From NCBI GenBank assembly GCA_963753055.1, contig CAVWAP010000004.1, positions 832,479-896,478 of the forward strand: a DNA stretch of 64,000 bases, in the 5' to 3' direction. How positions within the stretch are numbered: the first letter of the stretch is position 1; every line of letters starts with the position of its first letter. This document shows positions 56,521-64,000 of this stretch, piece after piece. The notes under the pieces were generated by a model. That model had not been told where the DNA came from. It made no database searches and saw only the letters and a list, made by a program, of their open reading frames with translations. Origin of the DNA: an uncultured Bacteroidales bacterium. GTDB lineage: Bacteria; Bacteroidota; Bacteroidia; Bacteroidales; B18-G4. The position numbers were made by a program, and so were the translations under genes.

Positions 56521-57021
56521 ATGGCAAAATCAGCAGTAGATATTCTTAAGGAAGCCATCCTGTTAGAAAGAAGAGGAAAGGCATTTTACGGTACCTGTGC
56601 AAAGCAAACACAGAGTGAAGCTGCCAGGAAAATCTTCCAGATGATGGCAGATGAAGAAGATGAGCACATTGAATTCTTATCCAAACAGTTTGCTCATTAC
56701 GAGAAAAACCAGGCATTCATGGAGAATGAAGTTACAGCTCATCCTGACGAGGATGCAGTTATGGAGATCCTATCAGAAGAGGTTAAGAAAGAGATCAGTG
56801 CTGCAAGCTTTGAAGCCGCAGCCATATCAGCCGCAATGGATTTTGAAACACGTGCGGTGAAGGTCTATTCAGACAGGGCAGAGCAGGCAACAGACCCAAA
56901 CGAAAAGCAAATGTATCAGATGCTGGCTGATTGGGAAAAGGGACATCATTTCTGGCTTCATAAGATCAATGAAGAATTGAAAGAACAAGTATGGTATGAC
57001 AATAATTTCTGGCCATTCTAA
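56521..57021 (+). CDS. ferritin-like di-iron (rubrerythrin-family) protein
   Basis: 166 aa four-helix pattern with E...EEDEH...E...EKGHH ligand spacing. Confidence 0.6.
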   Translation: MAKSAVDILKEAILLERRGKAFYGTCAKQTQSEAARKIFQMMADEEDEHIEFLSKQFAHYEKNQAFMENEVTAHPDEDAVMEILSEEVKKEISAASFEAAAISAAMDFETRAVKVYSDRAEQATDPNEKQMYQMLADWEKGHHFWLHKINEELKEQVWYDNNFWPF

Positions 57022-57040
57022 AGAATTAGAAATTTATTAA

Positions 57041-57075
57041 AAAGACTGCTCTTTTTGGCAGTCTTTTTTTGTTTT
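57041..57075 (+). terminator. Rho-independent terminator
   Basis: AAAGACTGC (57041-57049) / 8-nt loop / GCAGTCTTT (57058-57066), followed by TTTTGTTTT. Confidence 0.7.
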
Positions 57076-57156
57076 AAAACGTCTTTTTTACAATTAAATT
57101 CTAACTTTGTAGTTATCATATTTAGATTTCTTTAATATTTAAAACCACTAACAGAA

Positions 57157-58338
57157 ATGAGTTTAAAAAAATCAGGATTTAGTTCAAAACTGATTCATGG
57201 AGGAGAATATCATGATCCTTTGGGTAGTGCCGTTACCCCTATATTCCAATCTTCAACATTTAAATTTAAGAGTGCTGAACATGGAGCTGCCTGCTTTGCT
57301 GGGGAAGATGATGGTTTTATCTATACCAGGATTGCAAATCCGACAATCAGAGACCTGGAAAAAACCATGGCTGAACTGGAAAACGGTTACGATGGAATAG
57401 CTACATCGTCCGGTATGGGTGCGATAAATTGCGTTTACCTCGCATACCTGGGTGCTGGAGCACACATTATAAGCCATGAGGCTGTCTACGGACCGGCCAG
57501 GGTGGTTCTTGAAACCCTTTATGTGCAGTTCGGTGTCGAGAGTACATTCGTCAACACCTCTGACCTGGAGCAGGTTAAGGAGGCGATCAGACCTGAAACC
57601 AAACTGATTTATACTGAGACTCCAGCTAATCCAACAATAGATATCTCAGATCTACAGGCATTGGCAGAACTGGCCCATGAACATGAAATCCCTGTTTGTG
57701 TCGACAATACCTTTTGCAGTCCTTATTTGCAAAAACCATTAGACCTGGGTGTAGATATTGTTTTACATTCCATGACTAAATTTATTAACGGTCATGCTGA
57801 TGTAGTTGCTGGCATGCTTGTAACGAAAACCGAGGAGGACTATAAGCGCTTGAGAAGTGTTATGGTAAATGTTGGATGTAATATGGATCCACACCAGGCC
57901 TTCCTGGCTAGAAGAGGACTCAAGACCCTGGCAATCAGGATGGACAGAGCTCAGGAAAACGCAATAAAGGTTGCCAACTACCTTGATGAGCATCCCAAGG
58001 TGGATTGGATCAAATATCCCGGTCTGAAGTCACATCCGCAATATGATCTGGCCCGGCGTCAGATGGAAGGGCCTGGAGCAATGATCAGCTTTGGACTGAA
58101 AGGTGGTTATGATGCTGGTAAAAAATTAATGAATTCTGTTAATCTCGCTCTTCTGGCTGTATCTTTAGGTGGAATTGAAACCCTGATCCAACACCCAGCA
58201 TCAATGACTCATTCCAAGATGAGCAAAGAAGCTAAACAACATGCAGGAATTTCTGACGGATTGGTTCGGCTGAGTGTGGGTATTGAAGATGTTGAGGACA
58301 TTATTGCAGACCTGGATCAGGGATTGAATAAAGTTTAA
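57157..58338 (+). CDS. mgl: methionine gamma-lyase (Cys/Met-metabolism PLP enzyme family)
   Basis: 393 aa. PIFQSSTFKF, FIYTRIANPT, PLP-Lys motif HSMTKFINGHADVVAG. Confidence 0.75.
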   Translation: MSLKKSGFSSKLIHGGEYHDPLGSAVTPIFQSSTFKFKSAEHGAACFAGEDDGFIYTRIANPTIRDLEKTMAELENGYDGIATSSGMGAINCVYLAYLGAGAHIISHEAVYGPARVVLETLYVQFGVESTFVNTSDLEQVKEAIRPETKLIYTETPANPTIDISDLQALAELAHEHEIPVCVDNTFCSPYLQKPLDLGVDIVLHSMTKFINGHADVVAGMLVTKTEEDYKRLRSVMVNVGCNMDPHQAFLARRGLKTLAIRMDRAQENAIKVANYLDEHPKVDWIKYPGLKSHPQYDLARRQMEGPGAMISFGLKGGYDAGKKLMNSVNLALLAVSLGGIETLIQHPASMTHSKMSKEAKQHAGISDGLVRLSVGIEDVEDIIADLDQGLNKV

Positions 58339-58355
58339 GCAATTAATTACCGGCG

Positions 58356-60656
58356 ATGAACTCCTATCTGACAAGACTTCTGTTCATCTTTCTCATTTGT
58401 TGCATATCCTTGGTAACAAATGCCCAAAAAGTTGCCCTGGTATTAAGTGGGGGAGGCTCAAAGGGTGTTGCTCATATTGGTGTCATCAAAGCCCTTGAGG
58501 AAAATGAAATTCCAATTGATTATATTACCGGGACGTCAATGGGCGCCATTGTTGGCGGTTTATATGCCAGTGGCTATTCACCGGATGAAATAGCTACTTT
58601 AGTGAACTCTGATGAATTTGATGTGTGGCTGTCAGGCGAAATGGTAAGCAATTACAGGTATTCTTTTGAGCGGGATGCTGACAATGCTTCCTGGGTGACC
58701 ATCAAGTTTGACTATGATGTTGGGAAGGACAGGCTGAAGACCAAATTACCAACAAATATCATAGCCCCGTATCAGATGGATTTCGCTTTTATGGAGCTAT
58801 TTTCAGGCTCCAGCGCTGCATCGGATTATAATTTTGATAGCCTGATGATCCCGTATCGTTGCGTTGCATCTGATATTGAAGCTCGACAAGCTGTCGTTTT
58901 GAGTAAGGGACAACTTGGAAATGCAATCCGGGCATCCATGACTTTCCCATTCTTGTTTAAACCCCTGGAAATAGATGGCAAACTACTGTTTGATGGTGGA
59001 ATGTACAATAATTTTCCTTCTGATATTGCTATAAAAGACTTCCAACCAGACGTGATTATTGGTAGTAAAGCAGCTGGTAATTATGATAAGCCCGACCCGG
59101 ATGATATTATTTCACAGATCCAGAATATGTTGGTGGCCAGAACGGATTATGATATTGTCATGGAGTCTGGTGTGCTGATTGAACACGACCTGGGAGATGT
59201 CAATGTTATTGATTTCAAACACACACCGGCCTTTATCGATAGTGGGTACGTACATGCGATCCAATATATGGGGGAGATAAAAGAGCTTGTGAAAGAAAGG
59301 ATTACTTGTGATGAACTTCTTCAAAAGCGTAATGCTTTTAAGGAGAAAAAGCCTCCATTGATTATTGATTCGATAAGGATTTCCGGACTAACCAAAGGCC
59401 AAACTAGTTATGTCATTAAGCTTTTAAGACATAAATCAGACTTGAGAACGCTTGATGATATTGAAGAGGATTATTTTGAGATGGTTGCTGATGACAAAAT
59501 TCAGCAAATGCATCCCCAGCTTGAATATAATAAATCGACAGGTCGTTACACGCTCTACCTTAAAGTCAAACCAGCGGAAAGATTTCAGATCCAGTTTGGC
59601 GGTAATGTAAGTTCTACAACTGCAAATGCTGCATATGTTGGGTTAAAGTATAAATACCTTGGCGCCCAGGCAATTGAGTTGGGTGGTAATGTGTATTTTG
59701 GCAGGTTCTACAGCTCCGCTATGGCAATGACAAGAATTGATTTTCCTTCAAGCCCAAAGACTTACCTGGAAGGTGGGTTTATATACAACAATAAAAATTA
59801 TTTCAGGAGTGCTGCTTATTTCTTTGAAGACATCACACCTGCCTATTTGATTGATAACGAGAGCTTCTTTTATCTTGATTTAGGTATGCCACTAGACCAA
59901 AATGGGAGGTTCACCTTTGGCGGAGCACTGGCCAGAACCAAATATAAATATTACCAGTCCAATTCATTTTCACGATTGGATACGGCTGATGTGACTTACT
60001 TTGATTATTATTCCCCCCAGGTTTTATATGAATTGAATTCGATGAACTACAAGCAGTACCCTAATAAGGGAGTCCGTCTGCTGGTTTCTGCAAACTATGT
60101 GAATGGTAACGAGAAAAATATTCCCGGGTCGACTTCCATCGATTCTGATGAATTTGAGGCAAGGCATCAATGGGTTCAATTCAAATTACTTTACGATAAT
60201 TATTTTCAACGCCTGGGACCTTTTACCTTTGGATTCCTGGGAGAGTTGCTAATTACAAACCAAGAGCTGTTTAATAACTATATCTCCACCATGATGGCTT
60301 CCCCGGCCTTTACACCTATTCCTGAAAGTCAGGTCCTTTTCCTTCCTGACTTTCGGTCGCATAGCTACGTTGCTGGTGGTTTAAAGATAATATCAAGATT
60401 GCATCAAAGGATAGATCTGCGCTTGGAAGGGTATCTTTTTCAACCTTATAAGGAGATAATTCAAAATCCGGATCAATCTGTAAGTTATGGCCCTGAATTT
60501 TCAACGCGTTCGGTGATGGCAACTGCCGCCTTCGTATGGCATAGCCCGCTTGGTCCATTAAGCCTCAGCGCTAACTATTATGACAAGGCTGTGGATCAGT
60601 TTACATTCTTCTTCAATGTTGGTTATATCATTTTCAATCGATCAGCTATTGAATAA
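58356..60656 (+). CDS. patatin-like phospholipase fused to an Omp85-type beta-barrel (PlpD-like)
   Basis: 766 aa. Signal peptide. GGGSKG oxyanion motif, GTSMG serine motif, DGG aspartate motif. Long C-terminal beta-barrel-like region. Confidence 0.8.
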   Translation: MNSYLTRLLFIFLICCISLVTNAQKVALVLSGGGSKGVAHIGVIKALEENEIPIDYITGTSMGAIVGGLYASGYSPDEIATLVNSDEFDVWLSGEMVSNYRYSFERDADNASWVTIKFDYDVGKDRLKTKLPTNIIAPYQMDFAFMELFSGSSAASDYNFDSLMIPYRCVASDIEARQAVVLSKGQLGNAIRASMTFPFLFKPLEIDGKLLFDGGMYNNFPSDIAIKDFQPDVIIGSKAAGNYDKPDPDDIISQIQNMLVARTDYDIVMESGVLIEHDLGDVNVIDFKHTPAFIDSGYVHAIQYMGEIKELVKERITCDELLQKRNAFKEKKPPLIIDSIRISGLTKGQTSYVIKLLRHKSDLRTLDDIEEDYFEMVADDKIQQMHPQLEYNKSTGRYTLYLKVKPAERFQIQFGGNVSSTTANAAYVGLKYKYLGAQAIELGGNVYFGRFYSSAMAMTRIDFPSSPKTYLEGGFIYNNKNYFRSAAYFFEDITPAYLIDNESFFYLDLGMPLDQNGRFTFGGALARTKYKYYQSNSFSRLDTADVTYFDYYSPQVLYELNSMNYKQYPNKGVRLLVSANYVNGNEKNIPGSTSIDSDEFEARHQWVQFKLLYDNYFQRLGPFTFGFLGELLITNQELFNNYISTMMASPAFTPIPESQVLFLPDFRSHSYVAGGLKIISRLHQRIDLRLEGYLFQPYKEIIQNPDQSVSYGPEFSTRSVMATAAFVWHSPLGPLSLSANYYDKAVDQFTFFFNVGYIIFNRSAIE

Positions 60657-60658
60657 TT

Positions 60659-60689
60659 TTTGTCTTTCCCGGTAAATGTTCTATTTTTG
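60659..60689 (+). promoter_or_regulatory. Bacteroidota sigma-A-type promoter upstream of ATG 60759
   Basis: -33 TTTG (60659-60662), 19-nt spacer, -7 TATTTTTG (60682-60689). Confidence 0.5.
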
Positions 60690-60758
60690 CATTCCTTGTA
60701 ACACATAATTAGAAATCTTTAACAGTCTTTAATTAGACATACTCTAATAGAATATATA

Positions 60759-60989
60759 ATGGATAAAAAAGAACAGCTGGACAACGAAGAAGCCAAGACG
60801 GAGAAGGCAGAAGAGAAGAGAGAAGAGAAAAGTGAGAAGAGAGAAGAGAAAAGAAGGAGAAGAGAGAAGAGAAAGAAGAGAAGAGAGAAGAGAAAGAAGA
60901 GAAGAGAGAAGAGAAAGAAGAGAAGAGAGAAGAGAAAGAAGAGAAGAGAGAAGAGAAAGAAGAGAAGAGAGAAGAGAAAGAAGAAGTGA
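60759..60989 (+). CDS. 76-codon ORF: either a coupled upstream gene or the displaced N-terminus of the DUF349 protein
   Basis: ATG with a promoter 70 nt upstream. MDKKEQLDNEEAKTEKAEEKREEK... then (KRREKRK)n encoded by the polypurine tract. Its TGA (60987-60989) overlaps GTG 60986. Confidence 0.3.
   Translation: MDKKEQLDNEEAKTEKAEEKREEKSEKREEKRRRREKRKKRREKRKKRREKRKKRREKRKKRREKRKKRREKRKKK
60809..60986 (+). repeat. 178-nt polypurine tract (one T, at 60833) including 6 perfect copies of a 21-nt (3-heptad) unit
   Basis: GAAGAGAGAAGAGAAAGAAGA x6 at 60859-60984. Same GAGAAGA family as the tracts at 45458 and 46183. Followed by 4 x 12-nt GTGAAGGAAAAG-like repeats (60986-61033). Confidence 0.95.
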
Positions 60990-62878
60990 AGGAAAAGGTG
61001 AAGGAAAAGGTGAAGGCAGAGGTGAAGGCAGATGCGCCGGTAGAACCTGAAAAGGAGCTGGTACTGAGTATTGAAGAGTACGAAGCGGAAGAGGATGACC
61101 AGGAGGAAGAGGAGCATGAAGAGGAGCATGAAGAAGATGAAACCATTAGCGCGGAAGTAAAAGAGATCGACTATGATAAGCTGGGCCGGGAAGAACTAGT
61201 TGATAAGCTGGAAGAGCTGGTACAGGAAACAGAAATCCCAACCATAAAGTCAAAAGTAGCCTTGGTCAAGGTTGCTTTTTTAAAGCTAACAAAAGAAGAG
61301 AAGGAAAAACAGTTTCAGGCTTATACCTCAGAGGGTGGAACTGAAGAAGATTATAAGCCAGTTGACGATGCTTTGGAAGCCAGGTTCGAAAAAGCATTCG
61401 AGGGCTATAAGAGGAACAAGGCTAAATATCTGCAAAGACTGGAGAAATCAAAGACTGAAAACCTTGAGAAAAAGAAACAGATCCTGGATCAGCTAAAAGA
61501 GTTGATCGGTTCTGAAGAGACACTCAAGAAAACCTATGATGATTTCAAAAGATTACAGGATGAATGGAAAGAAATAGGACTGGTGCCTGCCGGTGAAGTA
61601 TCCAACCTGTGGCAGAGCTATCATTTCCTGGTTGAGAAGTTTTTTGACAAAGTGAAGATCAATAAAGAGCTTCGCGATCTTGACCTGAAAAAGAACCTGG
61701 AGTCAAAAATAAAGTTATGCGAGCTCACTGAAGAGCTTCTGCTGGAAACTTCCATTATCAAATCCTTCAAGCAGCTTCAACAATACCATGAAGAATGGAA
61801 GGAAATTGGGCCTGTACCAAATGAGAAGAGGGACGAAATCTGGGAACGGTTTAAAACTGCTACAGATAAGATAAACGAACGAAGAAAAGAACATTACGAA
61901 AAGCTGCATGAAGAACAGCAAAAGAATTTCGTTGCCAAAACCGCCCTTTGTGAAAAGGCAGAAGAGATTCTGACCAAAGAAGCCGTAAGCCTTAAGGAGT
62001 GGCAGAACCAGACCAACCAAATCAATGAGCTGTTTAAGATATGGAGGACAATAGGCAGGGCCCCCAAGAAAGAAAATAATGAAGTATGGAACCGGTTCAA
62101 GACCTCATTGAATACTTTCTTTGAAAATAAAAAGGAGTATTTACACAAGATCAAGGATGAGCAACTTCACAATTATAACTTGAAAATTGATCTTTGTGTG
62201 CAGGCTGAGAATATGAAGGGCAGCACGGATTGGAAAAAAACATCGCAGGACCTGATCAGGCTACAGCAGGAATGGAAAAAAAGTGGCCCCGTTCCGCGTA
62301 AACATGCTGATAAGATATGGAAGAGGTTCCGGGCTGCTTGTGATGAATTCTTTAATGCGAAATCAACATATTACGCAAATATTCACGAACACGAAGCTGA
62401 TAACCTGAAGAAAAAGCAGGAGATCCTTGAGCAAATCAAGAAACATAAATTTGGAGATGACAAAACAGAAAACCTGAATACCATCAAGGACTATCAGAGG
62501 AAATGGATAGAGATTGGTTTCGTTCCCATCAAAGAAAAGGAAAACATCCAGAATGAATTCAGGAAAGTGATAGACCAACATCTTAATAAGCTCAAAATCA
62601 ACTCACTGGAGCTTCAGGCTGAGGCTTTCAAATCACGTTATGAAACGGTGAAAGGTACGGCTGAAGGTAACCACATGATGAGGAAAGAGCAAAACTTCAT
62701 CTCAAACAAGATCAATAAATTAAGAGATGAGATCAACCTGTGGGAGAACAATATTGGCTTCCTGGCTAATTCCCAAAAGGCCAATTTGCTTAAAGAAGAA
62801 TTCGAAAAGAAGATCGATAAGGCTAAAAAGGACCTGGCACTGCTTGAAGCCAAGCTGAAATACCTAAGACAGGCATAG
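60986..62878 (+). CDS. DUF349 repeat protein
   Basis: 630 aa from GTG 60986 (true start uncertain). Multiple W(K/Q)EIGPVP...IW.RF+ repeats typical of DUF349. Confidence 0.8.
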   Translation: MKEKVKEKVKAEVKADAPVEPEKELVLSIEEYEAEEDDQEEEEHEEEHEEDETISAEVKEIDYDKLGREELVDKLEELVQETEIPTIKSKVALVKVAFLKLTKEEKEKQFQAYTSEGGTEEDYKPVDDALEARFEKAFEGYKRNKAKYLQRLEKSKTENLEKKKQILDQLKELIGSEETLKKTYDDFKRLQDEWKEIGLVPAGEVSNLWQSYHFLVEKFFDKVKINKELRDLDLKKNLESKIKLCELTEELLLETSIIKSFKQLQQYHEEWKEIGPVPNEKRDEIWERFKTATDKINERRKEHYEKLHEEQQKNFVAKTALCEKAEEILTKEAVSLKEWQNQTNQINELFKIWRTIGRAPKKENNEVWNRFKTSLNTFFENKKEYLHKIKDEQLHNYNLKIDLCVQAENMKGSTDWKKTSQDLIRLQQEWKKSGPVPRKHADKIWKRFRAACDEFFNAKSTYYANIHEHEADNLKKKQEILEQIKKHKFGDDKTENLNTIKDYQRKWIEIGFVPIKEKENIQNEFRKVIDQHLNKLKINSLELQAEAFKSRYETVKGTAEGNHMMRKEQNFISNKINKLRDEINLWENNIGFLANSQKANLLKEEFEKKIDKAKKDLALLEAKLKYLRQA

Positions 62879-63040
62879 CAGTTCCTGCAACTTCAGATCC
62901 ATCATCTCTATCTGCGAGTATTAATATTCTCAAGTAATATTTATACAATTTTCAGAAATTATTTCATTCCCACTCGCTATTTCGTAAATTTGAAATGCGG
63001 CGATCAAGAAGCGTTATTGCAAACAGCAAAATAAAATACC

Positions 63041-64000
63041 ATGAAAAAGAAGTCTAATCGTATCTGGAAGTTCTTCAAAGTATTAATTATCATCTTTATC
63101 AGTTTGCTGATAATCATCAGTGTACTACCATACTTTTTTAAGAACCAGATCATGGATTCGGTAAAGACAGAAATCAATCAACAGGTTGAGGCCAGGATTG
63201 ATTTTAAAGACTTCGGTCTTTCATTGATCCGGAATTTCCCACATTTCAATTGTAATCTGGAAGGTATTAGCGTCGTCGGTATAAACGAATTTGAGGGCGA
63301 TACCCTGGCATATATTCACTCATTTTCCATGACCATAGACCTGCTCAGCGTGATAGAAGGCGATAAATATAGAATTCGTAAGATTACCATTGAACAGCCG
63401 GATCTCTTGTTGAAAGTGAATGAGGATGGAAAGGCCAACTGGGATATTGCAAAAAAGACAGAGGAAAAAGTTGTAGAACCGGCCAGCGAAGAACCATCAG
63501 ATTTTGTGGTTACACTTAAAAAACTGGAGATAATTAATGCCAATCTTTCATTTATTGATGAGCCGTCTGACATATGGATCATTCTTGATGGCCTGCAGCA
63601 CACCCTGAGTGGCGATTTTGGAGCAAACAATACAAAAGTCAATTCACTTACTTTGATTAACTCAGCCACAATAACTGAAGGTGGTGTGAAGTATTTTAAT
63701 AATTCAGTCATTGAGTTTAAAGCCGTTATAGATGCAGACCTTAAGAATGAGATATATACTTTTATGCAGAACAGCCTGAGAATCAATGAGCTGATACTGA
63801 AGTTCAATGGGTCGCTAGCCATGGTGAATGAAGACATCAATGTCACTATGACCTTTCAGGCACCACAAAACAAGTTTAAGAATTTCCTCTCACTTATCCC
63901 CGCAATCTATGCTAAAGAATTCCAGGGTATTGAAGCTGCCGGCAAGCTGGCAGTTGATGGTTATATAAAAGGCGTGTACAATAGTCAAAACCTGCCTTCC
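63041..64000 (+). CDS. AsmA-family outer-membrane biogenesis protein (N-terminal part, runs off the window; absent from ORF track)
   Basis: ATG 63041. MKKKSNRIWKFFKVLIIIFISLLIIISVLPYFFKNQI N-terminal anchor, then a FGLSLIRNFPHFNCNLEGISVVG-type AsmA N-domain. Open to the window end. Confidence 0.7.
   Translation, partial: MKKKSNRIWKFFKVLIIIFISLLIIISVLPYFFKNQIMDSVKTEINQQVEARIDFKDFGLSLIRNFPHFNCNLEGISVVGINEFEGDTLAYIHSFSMTIDLLSVIEGDKYRIRKITIEQPDLLLKVNEDGKANWDIAKKTEEKVVEPASEEPSDFVVTLKKLEIINANLSFIDEPSDIWIILDGLQHTLSGDFGANNTKVNSLTLINSATITEGGVKYFNNSVIEFKAVIDADLKNEIYTFMQNSLRINELILKFNGSLAMVNEDINVTMTFQAPQNKFKNFLSLIPAIYAKEFQGIEAAGKLAVDGYIKGVYNSQNLPS

Noticed and set aside
60826-60860. Programmed -1 ribosomal frameshift joining ORF 60759 to the DUF349 frame
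   Set aside because: There is no canonical X XXY YYZ slippery heptamer in the correct frame and no obvious downstream stimulatory structure. The DNA-level indel or coupling explanations are simpler.
60719-61146. Minus-strand ORFs 60719..61129 and 60733..61146, and plus-strand ORF 60832..61050
   Set aside because: All are alternative-frame or antisense readings of the stop-free polypurine tract. Only frames 0 and 2 on the + strand have a promoter or a recognisable downstream domain.
63316-63846. 176-aa minus-strand ORF
   Set aside because: It lies antisense inside the AsmA-family gene, which has a clear N-terminal anchor and family-like sequence. The antisense product is low-complexity Ser/Leu-rich.

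Overview
Gene-dense chromosomal segment with about 55 credible CDS on both strands. It looks like Bacteroidota: T9SS C-terminal sorting domains, CarboxypepD_reg-type TonB-dependent receptors, DUF349/DUF3078/DUF2027-type genes, TAnnTTTG -7 promoter boxes and mostly no Shine-Dalgarno. I found no rRNA, tRNA, CRISPR array, transposase, integrase or phage gene. Contents in order: a partial beta-propeller hydrolase-like gene; a TPR-LytS kinase with a LytTR regulator; T9SS cargo proteins; an XRE regulator with small membrane proteins; GH172/DUF2961; a periplasmic oxidative-stress pair (di-haem peroxidase plus Ni-superoxide dismutase); NhaA; RlmN; a TonB receptor / MbnP-like / MbnH-like metal module; prolyl oligopeptidase; MATE; an M23 peptidase coupled to an Omp85-like barrel; GuaA; a LysM protein; GdhA; an SGNH hydrolase; an AmmeMemoRadiSam locus; an AddB-like nuclease; a MurU / AmgK-like MurNAc salvage pair; a ferritin-like protein; methionine gamma-lyase; patatin-Omp85; DUF349; and partial AsmA. 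Four things deserve a second look. (1) In the AmmeMemoRadiSam locus the Memo-AMMECR1 fusion carries a Sec-type leader and the radical SAM enzyme a Tat-like leader, and a polytopic spermidine-synthase-like membrane protein sits between them. This suggests an extracytoplasmic SAM-dependent system. (2) Intergenic spacers are built from 7-nt periodic tandem repeats that start or end on stop codons. Several are centred on a conserved 25-nt palindromic core present four times. (3) Long (GAGAAGA)n polypurine tracts occur three times. Two lie in inverted orientation around a single SGNH gene, and one separates an ATG-initiated N-terminal ORF from the out-of-frame body of the DUF349 gene. (4) An AmgK-like kinase is fused to a RapZ C-terminal domain, and an unannotated 47-codon Cys/Lys-rich ORF is translationally coupled to murU. 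All functional calls come from motif recognition by eye; no database search was run.
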